IMG/VR virus record: IMGVR_UViG_3300023180_000010
DNA: 33,522 nucleotides
Source of the DNA: a virus
Direction: 5' to 3' (one strand)
Shown here: positions 23,264-32,600 of the stretch, in pieces
How positions within the stretch are numbered: position 1 is the stretch's first letter
Layout: each line of letters opens with the position of its first letter
Translations under genes and position numbers: made by a program
Notes under the pieces: generated by a model
The model's database searches: none
What the model saw: the letters and a program-made list of their open reading frames with translations, nothing else
What the model was told of the DNA's origin: nothing

Positions 23264-23706
23264 ATTATCCCCCTGTTTTTAAGACCAGCGTATACTAACA
23301 CAGCCGCTACACCAAGTCCAATTACTGTAAAGAAAGCAATGACTAACACCTCGATCATGCGTTGACGCCTTCGCCGCATAGCCTCTTCTGCGGCTTGCCT
23401 ATCCTTCCTAGCCTGTGCAGAAAACTTAAGCCAATCATTCCACAAGCCAGCACGACCAGCATAGATCATGTACTGCTTCAGTTCTTCTTCTTTTTCTCTG
23501 ATTGCTTCTAGTGCCATAAACTCTTCAAAGTCGTTGCCTTGATGGAATGGACTTTTCTTTTTCTTCTCTGCCTTGCGGCGAAGATCATCTTGACTGCTGA
23601 TGAAGGTGGCGATCTGTGTCGCAACACTGCCTATCTCTTTGCCGTTTGAGATGGCTTGCTTGATGATTCCGAAGGCGGCATTCGCGGCGGCTAGTTCTGC
23701 TAACAT
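23260..23706 (-). CDS. Tail-anchored membrane protein, 148 aa, coiled-coil with a C-terminal TM segment
   Basis: C-terminal MIEVLVIAFFTVIGLGVAAVLVYAGL. TGATG and ATGA coupling. Confidence 0.6.
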   Translation of the reverse strand: MLAELAAANAAFGIIKQAISNGKEIGSVATQIATFISSQDDLRRKAEKKKKSPFHQGNDFEEFMALEAIREKEEELKQYMIYAGRAGLWNDWLKFSAQARKDRQAAEEAMRRRRQRMIEVLVIAFFTVIGLGVAAVLVYAGLKNRGII

Positions 23707-23933
23707 CAGTAGACCTTTACTTCATCCGGGTTGACATGAATAGGAACGCAGTAAGTTGTGACTCTATCTCGCCTATCCATATAGTGATATGAAGTATAGT
23801 TACCGTACCTCTTCGATAACTCTTTGGCGTACCAGTTACATTCTATTAAATCAAAAAACCGCAGGTTGGTATCTATCTCCCTGCGGTCATCGTCAGTGCC
23901 TAAGAACATCATTACTACAAATACAGTTACCAT
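23706..23933 (-). CDS. Small protein with a hydrophobic N-terminus, 75 aa
   Basis: MVTVFVVMMFLG is followed by a charged domain. Coupled starts and stops. Confidence 0.55.
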   Translation of the reverse strand: MVTVFVVMMFLGTDDDRREIDTNLRFFDLIECNWYAKELSKRYGNYTSYHYMDRRDRVTTYCVPIHVNPDEVKVY

Positions 23934-23934
23934 T

Positions 23935-24138
23935 TCATGATGCTTTTGCGCCGATCATTTGATTTTTATCTACCGTTATGCAAGCGGCAGTCCAGCCTAG
24001 TATTTCTCCGCTTGCTTGAGATGCATTCATTGTAACTTCAATTACATCTTTATCTGGGCATGTCGCCACCACATCTGACTTAACATCTAGTTCTCCACTA
24101 GGCATTAAGACAAACAGGATGAAGACAAAATCAATCAT
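23935..24138 (-). CDS. Small protein with a hydrophobic N-terminus, 67 aa from the internal ATG
   Basis: The ATG at 24138 overlaps the TGA of the unlisted 51-aa ORF (AAATGATT). MIDFVFILFVLM... The 93-aa reading would overlap that ORF. Confidence 0.55.
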   Translation of the reverse strand: MIDFVFILFVLMPSGELDVKSDVVATCPDKDVIEVTMNASQASGEILGWTAACITVDKNQMIGAKAS

Positions 24139-24290
24139 TTGTTTTCTTTCACCAACACCCAGATGCGGAAACAAACCAGAACAATAGACAGCACCACCAG
24201 CACCAGACCAAGCCACATATTAAGCGGCTCAAGCCACATTGGGCTGGTTATCCCTGCAGTCGCTAGCGGTACGTCTACGTTGTGTTTCAT
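24135..24290 (-). CDS. Unlisted 51-aa single-TM protein: MKHNVDVPLATAGITSPMWLEPLNMWLGLVLVVLSIVLVCFRIWVLVKENK
   Basis: I translated all 52 codons from the reverse complement. ATG at 24290, TGA at 24137..24135. One clear TM span. It fills the gap between 24295 and 24138. Confidence 0.6.
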   Translation of the reverse strand: MKHNVDVPLATAGITSPMWLEPLNMWLGLVLVVLSIVLVCFRIWVLVKENK

Positions 24291-24294
24291 TTCA

Positions 24295-24642
24295 TTACCA
24301 CCCTGCTGGTACTTTGCCTACAATTGGCGGGTTAGCGAGATTAGTAATCTGCTCATCGAGCATCGCCTGTAGTTCTGCCTCAGTCTTATCAAGACCAGCG
24401 AGAACCTTCTCTTTGCACCAATCTTTAGTGATGCTGTCAAACGCTGTAAAGTTATCAGCGTCAGCCTCACCAGCAGATGCAGTGCCGTATGCAGAAACAG
24501 AAAGCGGTGCGCCTTCGTCATTTGTTTCCGTATCGCTGACCGCAGTAAACCGCCAGTGAATAGTTTTGACGACATCAGACAAGCCACCCTCAGATGGTGC
24601 TGTGTCAAGTTGCGGGTAATCCCAAGTGTATGTGTTAGCCAT
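24295..24642 (-). CDS. Hypothetical acidic protein, 115 aa, tail-fibre-adjacent
   Basis: ORF with non-repetitive composition (MANTYTWDYPQLDTAPSEGG...). Synteny only. Confidence 0.6.
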   Translation of the reverse strand: MANTYTWDYPQLDTAPSEGGLSDVVKTIHWRFTAVSDTETNDEGAPLSVSAYGTASAGEADADNFTAFDSITKDWCKEKVLAGLDKTEAELQAMLDEQITNLANPPIVGKVPAGW

Positions 24643-24653
24643 TGTGTCTACTC

Positions 24654-24992
24654 CTACGGTTTTACAGGCCAGATAACATCATCTAATGATGAATAGGTAT
24701 TGGTTATATCACGCAACGCTTGACGATAAGCAGTTTGTTCTGGTGTCATTGTCATGTCAGACATAGCCCACCAATCAGTTAGCGCAAGCATACCATTTCT
24801 TTCAATGCGAAGTTGATTTAACTTTTCTTCAGCCGAAAGCGATGGTTCAGATTTTGCAGAGAAAGATGAGCCATCATAAACAAACCCAATCTCAACATCA
24901 TCTGGACAATCAACCCAAGTCAATGACGAGTGAACTTCAAACTCTTGCTGAGAAATATCTACAACGATATCATTAAATATTAATGCTTTCAT
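24654..24992 (-). CDS. Tail-fibre assembly / chaperone-like protein, 112 aa
   Basis: The C-terminal motif IERNGMLALTDWWAMSDMTMTPEQTAYRQALRDIT is typical of tail-fibre assembly chaperones. Confidence 0.6.
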   Translation of the reverse strand: MKALIFNDIVVDISQQEFEVHSSLTWVDCPDDVEIGFVYDGSSFSAKSEPSLSAEEKLNQLRIERNGMLALTDWWAMSDMTMTPEQTAYRQALRDITNTYSSLDDVIWPVKP

Positions 24993-25729
24993 TAATAATA
25001 CTCCTCTACAATAACAATTCCAGATGCGCCTGATCCACCAGTATACTCAACAAAGTTGCTTGAAACATATCTAGTACCGCCGCCGCCAGAGCCATAACCG
25101 TTTCCGTTATTACCGTTTCCGTTTGTTAAACGACCATTACCGCCAGCAGTGCCTAAAGGACTAGTGCCACCTTGACCGCCAAGTGCGCTATTTTGGTCTG
25201 GCCTAATGCCTGTTTCACCTTTAGAACCTTCATCATTAATGTTTCCACCACTGCCAGAGCCGCCACTACCACCTTCCACAACGCCAGAATTGCCTGTAGT
25301 GCTATTGCTACAATCAACTGCGCCAGTGCCACTTCCACCTGTTGCAGAACAATATGTGCCAAAGGATGATGTTCCACCAGCAGAACCAGAACCTGTAGAA
25401 TAACCGCCAGAGCCGCCAGAACCAACAGTTACAGTAACAGAAGAAACGCTTGTTACATCAATATATTCTATGGCAATGCCACCAGCACCACCGCCACCGC
25501 CAGCACCAGAACCTTGACCGACATCGCCACCTCTGTGACGCAAGCCACCAGCACCACCGCCGCCACCAACAACAGTGACTTTAATTTTTGTGCAATCAGT
25601 TGGCTTTGTCCAAGTGCCACTGCTTGTGAATACTTGGATTGTCGGCGGTGCTCCACCGCCAACGTCATCCCAATCAGCAATCGTCGTTGAACCAAGCGTT
25701 AAGCCATCTGGCCCTAAATCAATAGCCAT
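24992..25729 (-). CDS. Glycine-rich tail-fibre-associated protein, 245 aa
   Basis: FTSSGTWTKPTDCTKIKVTVVGGGGGAGG... followed by long Gly/Ser/Asn tracts. This is a known glycine-rich domain type next to phage fibres. Confidence 0.65.
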   Translation of the reverse strand: MAIDLGPDGLTLGSTTIADWDDVGGGAPPTIQVFTSSGTWTKPTDCTKIKVTVVGGGGGAGGLRHRGGDVGQGSGAGGGGGAGGIAIEYIDVTSVSSVTVTVGSGGSGGYSTGSGSAGGTSSFGTYCSATGGSGTGAVDCSNSTTGNSGVVEGGSGGSGSGGNINDEGSKGETGIRPDQNSALGGQGGTSPLGTAGGNGRLTNGNGNNGNGYGSGGGGTRYVSSNFVEYTGGSGASGIVIVEEYY

Positions 25730-28700
25730 TACTTAGCCTCCAATTCTGCGACACGCTCTTTCAGTGTCTTGATTTCATTTACAGCATCCTGCAACGCCGC
25801 TACCAGTACAGGCGTGATGCGTCCATAATCCATAGACCACATATCATTTTCGCCTTCGCCCTTGCTGACCGCCTCTGGTACAATCTCTGCCATCTCCTGA
25901 GCGATAAAGCCAACCACCGCATCAACGTCAGGGTCTGCCTTCCACTTGTGGGTAACAGCGTTCATCGCCATTAACTTGTCGGTGGCATCTGAGATGGGTG
26001 CGATGTCGGTTTTTAAGCGGATGTCTGATGTAGTGTTGTAGGTCGTACCTGATGCATCTGTTGTTATAGTACCTTTATTTCCACCAGAGTTTGTAAAAAC
26101 AATATGCGTTCCACTTGCGGCTGAACGCTCTGACCGCATATCACCAAGTAAGTCCAGTTTGTAGCCAACAGTCGTGGTACGCCCCACCAGCATACGGCCT
26201 GACGAATCAATCCGCATCGCTTCTGAACCACCAGTTGTAAACCCTATCTGGTTGCCAGTTGGACGGAAGATGCCTGTGTCAGTGTCATTGCCAAAGGTAT
26301 AGGCTGGTGCGCCAGCACCGCCATCACTGATGTATGTTTTGCCTGATAGGTAGAGGTCTTTGAAGCGGTATGACGGGTCTCCTAAATCAATAGCATTGTC
26401 TCTTCGGGTAGCCCCGCCGTGAGGAATTATATCATCAGCCCCACTTCTAAAGCCTAAGCAGGTATCATCACGGCCTACAATAAAATCTGCGTCTGTTGTG
26501 CCTGTCCCAATCGACCCGACTTTTACAGTGTCTTTATAAAATCCTGAAATCTCACCATCTGTAGAAAGTCTATTCACCTCAAGAGCAGGCCCGCTACTTC
26601 TAGTAAACTGTGCCGCATCAACACCGCCCCTTAAAGACAATCCAGCCGTTGAAAAACCAGACGATGTTTTCCCAACTAGCAAATCGCCTGATGAATCCAC
26701 CCGCATATGCTCTCCAGTGCCAGCAGTGCCAAACCCCATTGAGTTATCAGAATGGTTGTAAGTAATACGCCCGATGAGTGTATCGCCACTATCTGCAAAA
26801 GCAATTCTACCTGTATTAGCCGTACCGCTAACAACAGTAATACCATTGTCGCCGCTTGTTGTTCCGACAACTAAATTGTCTGCTGATGTATGCCCTAAAG
26901 TTGAAGGGCTTGAATTTCCGATGCCAACTAAATTGCCCAAAAAGGTTAGAGGCTGACAAGAAGAACCGTTATCAACTGCATTAAATCTTGTCTTTGATGT
27001 TCTGGTTGCGTCTGTGTTATCAGTCCATTCGCTATTTATATACAAGAGTTGCCGTTCTTGCGCTGTGGTGTTTGCTCTTAATTCCAAACCAGAACCATTG
27101 CCAACAGCCGAAGTCGCAGTATTGCGGAATTGATGAAAGACAGAGCCGCCACTGCTTGAGCCGCCAACTCTAAAGGGAGATGCGCTAGAAGCCTCAATAT
27201 CTAAAGCGTTGCTAGGGCTTGTTCGTCCAATGCCTAATCGCTGTGTGGAGGCGTCCCAGAACAAGCCTTGTGTTGTGCCTGTGCTGTCGTAGAAGGAGAT
27301 GTCGCTATTGCCTTTAATTTTTATTGCCGTTTGGTCGGTGGATGATGTCTGGTCATTGTTTAGAACAAACTCATAATCACCATCAGATTGCCCTGACACA
27401 CTTTGAATTATCAGTTTGTCAGAACCTGCACCTATCGCGCTATCATCATCTAAAATAAACTTTGGCTGAAACGCCTTGATTGTGGCAGTTGCGTTGTCGC
27501 TATCAACCGTCAGCCCATCAGCCGTCAGCACGCCCGTTATATTCGCGCCAGTCGATGTGGTAGAGATTTTGGTGTTCCCATTATAACCAATTGATACTTC
27601 ACCGCCATCAGTCGCACTCATGTAAGTTTTAGTTCTGTCTGCATTACGAACTTTAAGGTTAGTGCCTAAAAGTTCTAGATTGCCTGTCCCGACATCAGCG
27701 ATAACGCTATAGCCAGCAGAACTGTCGTGATAAATCTGTAGGTCACTGCCAGCACCGAAGATTGCCTTGTTGTTGTCGCCGAAGGACACATTGCCTGTTA
27801 GTGAGCCACCAGTTGTAGGCAAGAAACCAGAGCCAGCCGTTACACCTTGCTCCCAAGCAGTACCAGTGTATACCTTCAACGTGTCCGTTGTGGTGTTGTA
27901 GAACAAATCACCTTCATCGTTGTTCGTTGTCGGATCAGATGCGCCAATGCGATATTTGTCGGCAAAGTCATTGACCGATGAGATGTTACTTGCAACGGTG
28001 TTGACGTTGGAGATTGAGCCACCAACAGAGTTTACGTTTGAGATGTTGGTAGCGACAGTACCAATATCCGTTGCATCTGCGGCAACGGCAGTAACGTCAC
28101 TTGAAATCCCAGCAACGGTAGTGACATTAGCCGAGATGCCAGCGACCGTATTAACATTGCTAATGTTGGTGGCAACAGTGCCAATCGTGTCAGTTCCAGT
28201 AAGGTTAGTTGCAACTGTACCGATGTCAGTCGCATCTGCCGCAACCGCCGTTACGTCACTGCTGATCCCTGCAACTGTAGTCACATTTGCAGAAATGCCA
28301 GCCACAGTGTTGATGTTCGTTGTGTTACCAGCAACAGTTGTTACGTTGGCAGAAATGCCCGATACAGTAGAAACATCAGAGGCAATGCCAGCGACAGTGC
28401 CAATATTATTTGTTGGGCTGATCTGACCTGCAACAGTTGTTACATCGGATGACACGCCAGCCACAGTGATGACATTTGAAGAAATACCCGAAACCGTAGT
28501 AACATTTGCAGAAATGCCAGCGACCGTTGTGACATTGCTGGAAATCCCTGCAACCGTATTTACGTTAGCAATATTCGATGACACAGTGCCGATGTCAGTG
28601 GCGTCAGCCGCCACAGCAGTAACATCGCTTGAGATGCCAGCAACCGTAGTCACGTTCGCGCTGTTGCCTGCTACCGTGGTTACATTGGCTGAGATGCCAG

Positions 28701-29640
28701 CGACAGTCGTAACATTGCTAGAAATCCCAGCGACAGTGTTGACGTTGCCAATGTTTGCACCAACTGTATCAACATTGGTAATTGATGTTGCAACAGTTTC
28801 AATCTCTGACACTGCCTCGTTCAAATCATTAGCAACTGTTTCTACTTCAGAGACAGCCTCATTTAGATCGTTTGCAACGGCAATCACTTCGCTAATATTG
28901 CCAGCCACAGTATTAACTGACGCAATGTTTGTCGCTACTGTGCCAATGTCTGTAGCGTCTGCGGCTACTGCTGTCACATCGGATGAGATTCCAGCAACAG
29001 TGCTTACGTTAGACGCAATGCCAGCGACCGTTGTGATATTGCTTGAGATGTTGGCGGCTGTAGTAATAGCGTTTGTTGCTACAGTGCCGTCTTGAATATC
29101 AGCCAATGTTGCAATGTCAGCCGATGCATCAGCAACAGATTGGGTATCAGCAATAGTAGGGCCAGCCTCTACGTCACCAGTAGTAGCGTTAAAGGCAAGT
29201 GTCTTGCCAAGGCGATCAGCCTTAAGCGGCAGTTCGGTAGATGCGGCGGCATCAAAATCTTGAAGGCGTAGACCGCGCTGTGCGTGGTCATCGAGGTCAG
29301 CCGCAATAGCAGTGATCCGATCCAGTTCTGTGTTAAGTGATTGAATCTGGAATGAACCAGAGAGAGGAAAGTCAGTTGTACGCTCTAAGGCAATGTCGCG
29401 TGTAATAACAACAGTAGAGCCACCGCTAGCACCAGTAACAGATATGCTAACAGAACCAGTGTTACCGTCACCCCCAGTGACCGTATAATCTGTTGTGAGT
29501 GTCTTAAGCGTTCCGTCAACATATACGTTTAGGTCTTCTGCGTCAAAAAACTCAAACGAAACCGTAAAGGATGTCTGCGTGACTCCTTCGGCAACGCTAT
29601 AAGATACGCGAGGTGTGTTGTCAGCGATGTTAATAGTCAT
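25729..29640 (-). CDS. Tail fibre, 1,303 aa, with a decapeptide repeat shaft and a C-terminal S74-type intramolecular chaperone/autoprotease domain
   Basis: N-terminal adaptor-like domain, then about 35 repeats of TVAGISSNVT. A GDLFYNTTTDTLKVYTGTAWE motif follows. The C-terminus runs from S1205 (SDIRLKTDIAP...VGFIAQE...ELEAK, nt 25732..26028). Confidence 0.85.
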   Translation of the reverse strand: MTINIADNTPRVSYSVAEGVTQTSFTVSFEFFDAEDLNVYVDGTLKTLTTDYTVTGGDGNTGSVSISVTGASGGSTVVITRDIALERTTDFPLSGSFQIQSLNTELDRITAIAADLDDHAQRGLRLQDFDAAASTELPLKADRLGKTLAFNATTGDVEAGPTIADTQSVADASADIATLADIQDGTVATNAITTAANISSNITTVAGIASNVSTVAGISSDVTAVAADATDIGTVATNIASVNTVAGNISEVIAVANDLNEAVSEVETVANDLNEAVSEIETVATSITNVDTVGANIGNVNTVAGISSNVTTVAGISANVTTVAGNSANVTTVAGISSDVTAVAADATDIGTVSSNIANVNTVAGISSNVTTVAGISANVTTVSGISSNVITVAGVSSDVTTVAGQISPTNNIGTVAGIASDVSTVSGISANVTTVAGNTTNINTVAGISANVTTVAGISSDVTAVAADATDIGTVATNLTGTDTIGTVATNISNVNTVAGISANVTTVAGISSDVTAVAADATDIGTVATNISNVNSVGGSISNVNTVASNISSVNDFADKYRIGASDPTTNNDEGDLFYNTTTDTLKVYTGTAWEQGVTAGSGFLPTTGGSLTGNVSFGDNNKAIFGAGSDLQIYHDSSAGYSVIADVGTGNLELLGTNLKVRNADRTKTYMSATDGGEVSIGYNGNTKISTTSTGANITGVLTADGLTVDSDNATATIKAFQPKFILDDDSAIGAGSDKLIIQSVSGQSDGDYEFVLNNDQTSSTDQTAIKIKGNSDISFYDSTGTTQGLFWDASTQRLGIGRTSPSNALDIEASSASPFRVGGSSSGGSVFHQFRNTATSAVGNGSGLELRANTTAQERQLLYINSEWTDNTDATRTSKTRFNAVDNGSSCQPLTFLGNLVGIGNSSPSTLGHTSADNLVVGTTSGDNGITVVSGTANTGRIAFADSGDTLIGRITYNHSDNSMGFGTAGTGEHMRVDSSGDLLVGKTSSGFSTAGLSLRGGVDAAQFTRSSGPALEVNRLSTDGEISGFYKDTVKVGSIGTGTTDADFIVGRDDTCLGFRSGADDIIPHGGATRRDNAIDLGDPSYRFKDLYLSGKTYISDGGAGAPAYTFGNDTDTGIFRPTGNQIGFTTGGSEAMRIDSSGRMLVGRTTTVGYKLDLLGDMRSERSAASGTHIVFTNSGGNKGTITTDASGTTYNTTSDIRLKTDIAPISDATDKLMAMNAVTHKWKADPDVDAVVGFIAQEMAEIVPEAVSKGEGENDMWSMDYGRITPVLVAALQDAVNEIKTLKERVAELEAK
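27967..29148 (-). repeat. Coding tandem array of 30-bp (10-codon) units with higher-order repeats
   Basis: Residues about 165-558 of the fibre. The block SSDVTAVAADATDIGTV recurs four times, with the same protein sequence but many synonymous DNA differences. Boundaries are approximate. Confidence 0.85.
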
Positions 29641-29684
29641 GTCTGCATCCTACATCAATTAAAGTTTTTGAGCAACGGACATCA

Positions 29685-32600
29685 TTACCTTGCCCAGCCA
29701 CGAGTCATTTCATTCATAGTGTCGCGCAAGAACCAAAGTCTTGCATATGGGAGTTCGCGTACAAAGTTTTTTGCACCCTCTCCATATTCGCCATTGATAA
29801 ACTGTCTTGCCGCTTGGAATTGATCGTAAGTAATGCTGGGGCCAGCACCACCAACACCGCCAATTACAGCCGCATACGGATCATCTTCTGGGAATTTAGG
29901 TTGAATCAATCCACCGCTAATATCAGGCATCCCGAAGGCTGATGACATAGCCAATGATTCATAGAACATATCTGAGTACAATGCCGCAAGACCAGATGCG
30001 TCAAATGCACGCGCAAATTTATCTCGCTCGGTCATCTTGTCCCAAACAAAATCTGGAGTCTTGATATACAAAACAGCGTAACCCATAGCCAATGATGTCA
30101 TCACACCTGCGGCACGATTACGAATTTGATTCTGAGAATAAGCCGCAGTAATCTTGTTTGCCGCCGCTAGGCTGTAAGACATAAACTGGAATGGCATCCC
30201 TAAGAAAGCATTCTCGATTCTTGCGTAACCAGTGTACTGAGCGTCTTCTTTCATACCAAAGCGTTTAGCCACATTCATTGGCAAGTAAACAACACCATCT
30301 GTAATGATTGGTTTGTCTGCTGGAGTACCCATCAAGATAGTGTTCATAATACCGCTATTCATTGCTTCGCGAAATGACTGAGTAGTTTCTTTGCGCACCT
30401 TCTGTTGCTTGCGCATCTCTTCGAGAGCAATGCGATTGATTTCATTCTCATAAGCCGCAGTGCCACCCTTCTTTGTCAGATCAATCTTTAGATCGCCAGC
30501 AGACACATTAGTATGAGTAATCTCATGCATCATCACAAAGTTGACATATTCTTGTGGCGTTCTGAATGCGTCCACATCAAGAGGCTCAACGCCTTCTAGT
30601 TTTGGCTTAGTCCAAACTTTTGCTGGAAAAGCGGTGTTTTTGATGTAGTCCTCATCAATGTAAATCTTATTCTCATTGCGGCGATAGAACGCTGGAACAT
30701 AGCGGTCGCCCTTAAACTTACCAGTTGGCCCACGCTCTACAGCCGCCTTAGTTGCTGGGAACTGAATGGCATCAGCCCAAGCATCTGTGTTTGGCAGATA
30801 CAAACCAGACTTGGTTACATCGTAAGGGGCATTGGCAATCTCAGTCGCCATGTTCTTATCAATGTTATAACGAGCAAGATATTGAATCTCAAACTCAGAA
30901 GCCTGACCCTTAGAGTATTTGATTGAGTAATCAATGATTGTGTGACCACGAGTTAAAGACTCAAGCCGCTTCATAATGTTGGTCATTGGTGCAAGAAGGT
31001 TTAGCGTATAGGCAATATTACGACCAGTGTCCAAAATACTTTTGTTCAGTGGATTGTTAAGAGTATCTTCAACAAGGCGCATATGCGCAGAACCCATCTC
31101 AATCTCAAGAATCTCACCAGCAAGTTTTCCTTCTTTGCCAGACATCAATTCTGTAAAGCGTCCCTTCTCCAGCAGAGACAGCATTGCCTTTCCAACAGTA
31201 GACAACTCATGTTCCATAATAATCTTTGCCGCATCAGGCAAAGTAGAGAAACCAGCAGACCCAAGATAATTTGATTCCGCACCGAAGCGCATGATGTTGG
31301 CAGTAGTTTGGTTCATTGCATCAGGATCACGCAACACAGAGCCAACAACACGGTCGTACATATGACGGAAATCTTTCCTTGCGGCAAAAATTTCTCTAGT
31401 GTTTAGCCCTTTGTCGTATAGACGATCAGTCATGTCGTCTAATACTTCTTCAATATTGCGACCGCCAAACTTCTTTGAGAACTCATATTTAGGTGCAACA
31501 CGAGCAGTGTAAGCCTTCATGACTGTCACTGGGTTCTTAACAATAAACTCAGTTACCAGTTTATTTGGAATATCAATAGTACGGTGACGGAAGTGTTTAG
31601 ACTTTCCATAGCCATAGAAAGCGTTGGCATCATCGGTAACATCAGTGAGTCCAAGAATCTCATCCACACTTTTCTTTGCTCTGCCCATTACCATCTCAGG
31701 ATCGGTGCTAAGTTTTATTCTTTCATACTTACCTGTGGTAGCATTGCGCTGAAACACATATGGGTTTGACAGATACCAATCAAACAATATCTGCTCTAGT
31801 GCCTCACGGTTCTCGCGGATGTAATCTTTATTCCAGAAGCGAGGGAACATTACCTCTTCATTGGCTGGCTTTACTGGGGTTTCCCTAGCCAACTGCAATG
31901 CATCTTGAATCTCTTCAAGTTCCATTTGTTTCCTAGCAAGACGAGCCTCTAGAAATTCAACACGCTGTGGGCTTACACGCTTCTGTGTTCTTAGGGCATC
32001 GAGGCGTCCTTGGTAAACTTCAATGTCATCCTCAAGGCCAATCACACGATTGTTGAGAGCCTTAGTATCACCGATCAATCCTTCTGACCGCAGATCAACT
32101 TCCCAATCCTTGAAGAACCTGCGAATCTCTGTAATGGCTTCGCGCTGAAGATCGGTGAGGTTCTCTTCCCCACGCATATACATATCGCCAAGATCATCAA
32201 GCCATTCTTCATAAGTAACTTTTTCTGGCTGAAACTTCTTACTAAGGCCGCGACCAAAGTTGGTTGTTTCATAGTCAAGAATGCGGCGTACTTCTGCGCC
32301 AGTATCTCTTGCCCACAGTTCTTGTAGAGTACGATGGCTTTTAGCCCAAGTGCCATTGTGTACTTGTGCAGATTGATAGACGCTACTGCCGTTAGTCATG
32401 CCAAACTTGTGCATGTTTAGGAGAATGCCACTATCGCCAGCAAGGCGAATCATATCCAACTTGTCTGCGGTGGTCAGTTTCTTGCTCTGAAGGAAACGCT
32501 TAACAGGTGTAGTTACACCCTTATACATCCACGACTTAGTGAAAGCATCTTCAACAATGCCAGCAGGGTCTTCTACACCAAAGCCCATTTCCTCTAGTTT

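Noticed and set aside
23935-24216. The full 93-aa reading (MAWSGAGGAVYCSG...)
   Set aside because: The first 26 codons overlap the better-supported 51-aa TM ORF in another frame. The internal ATG at 24138 is stop-start coupled to that ORF.
25153-25695. Several alternative-frame ORFs on both strands inside the glycine-rich gene
   Set aside because: GGN-rich repeats keep other frames open (Val/Leu/Ala-rich or Pro-rich products). The in-phase Gly-rich protein, with its conserved N-terminal FTSSGTWTKP motif, explains the region.
27920-29095. Long plus-strand ORFs (27920..28426, 168 aa; 28466..29095, 209 aa) with repetitive ATVVT/EMPATV sequence
   Set aside because: They are the antisense reading of the tail-fibre decapeptide array. 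The repeat periodicity keeps the opposite strand open. They have no SD and no independent protein-like features.
27967-29148. 30-bp periodic repeats that could superficially suggest a CRISPR array or a DGR variable region
   Set aside because: The units are contiguous with no spacers. They are in frame within a 1,303-aa ORF and conserved at the protein level. No cas genes, reverse transcriptase or template repeat is present anywhere in the genome.
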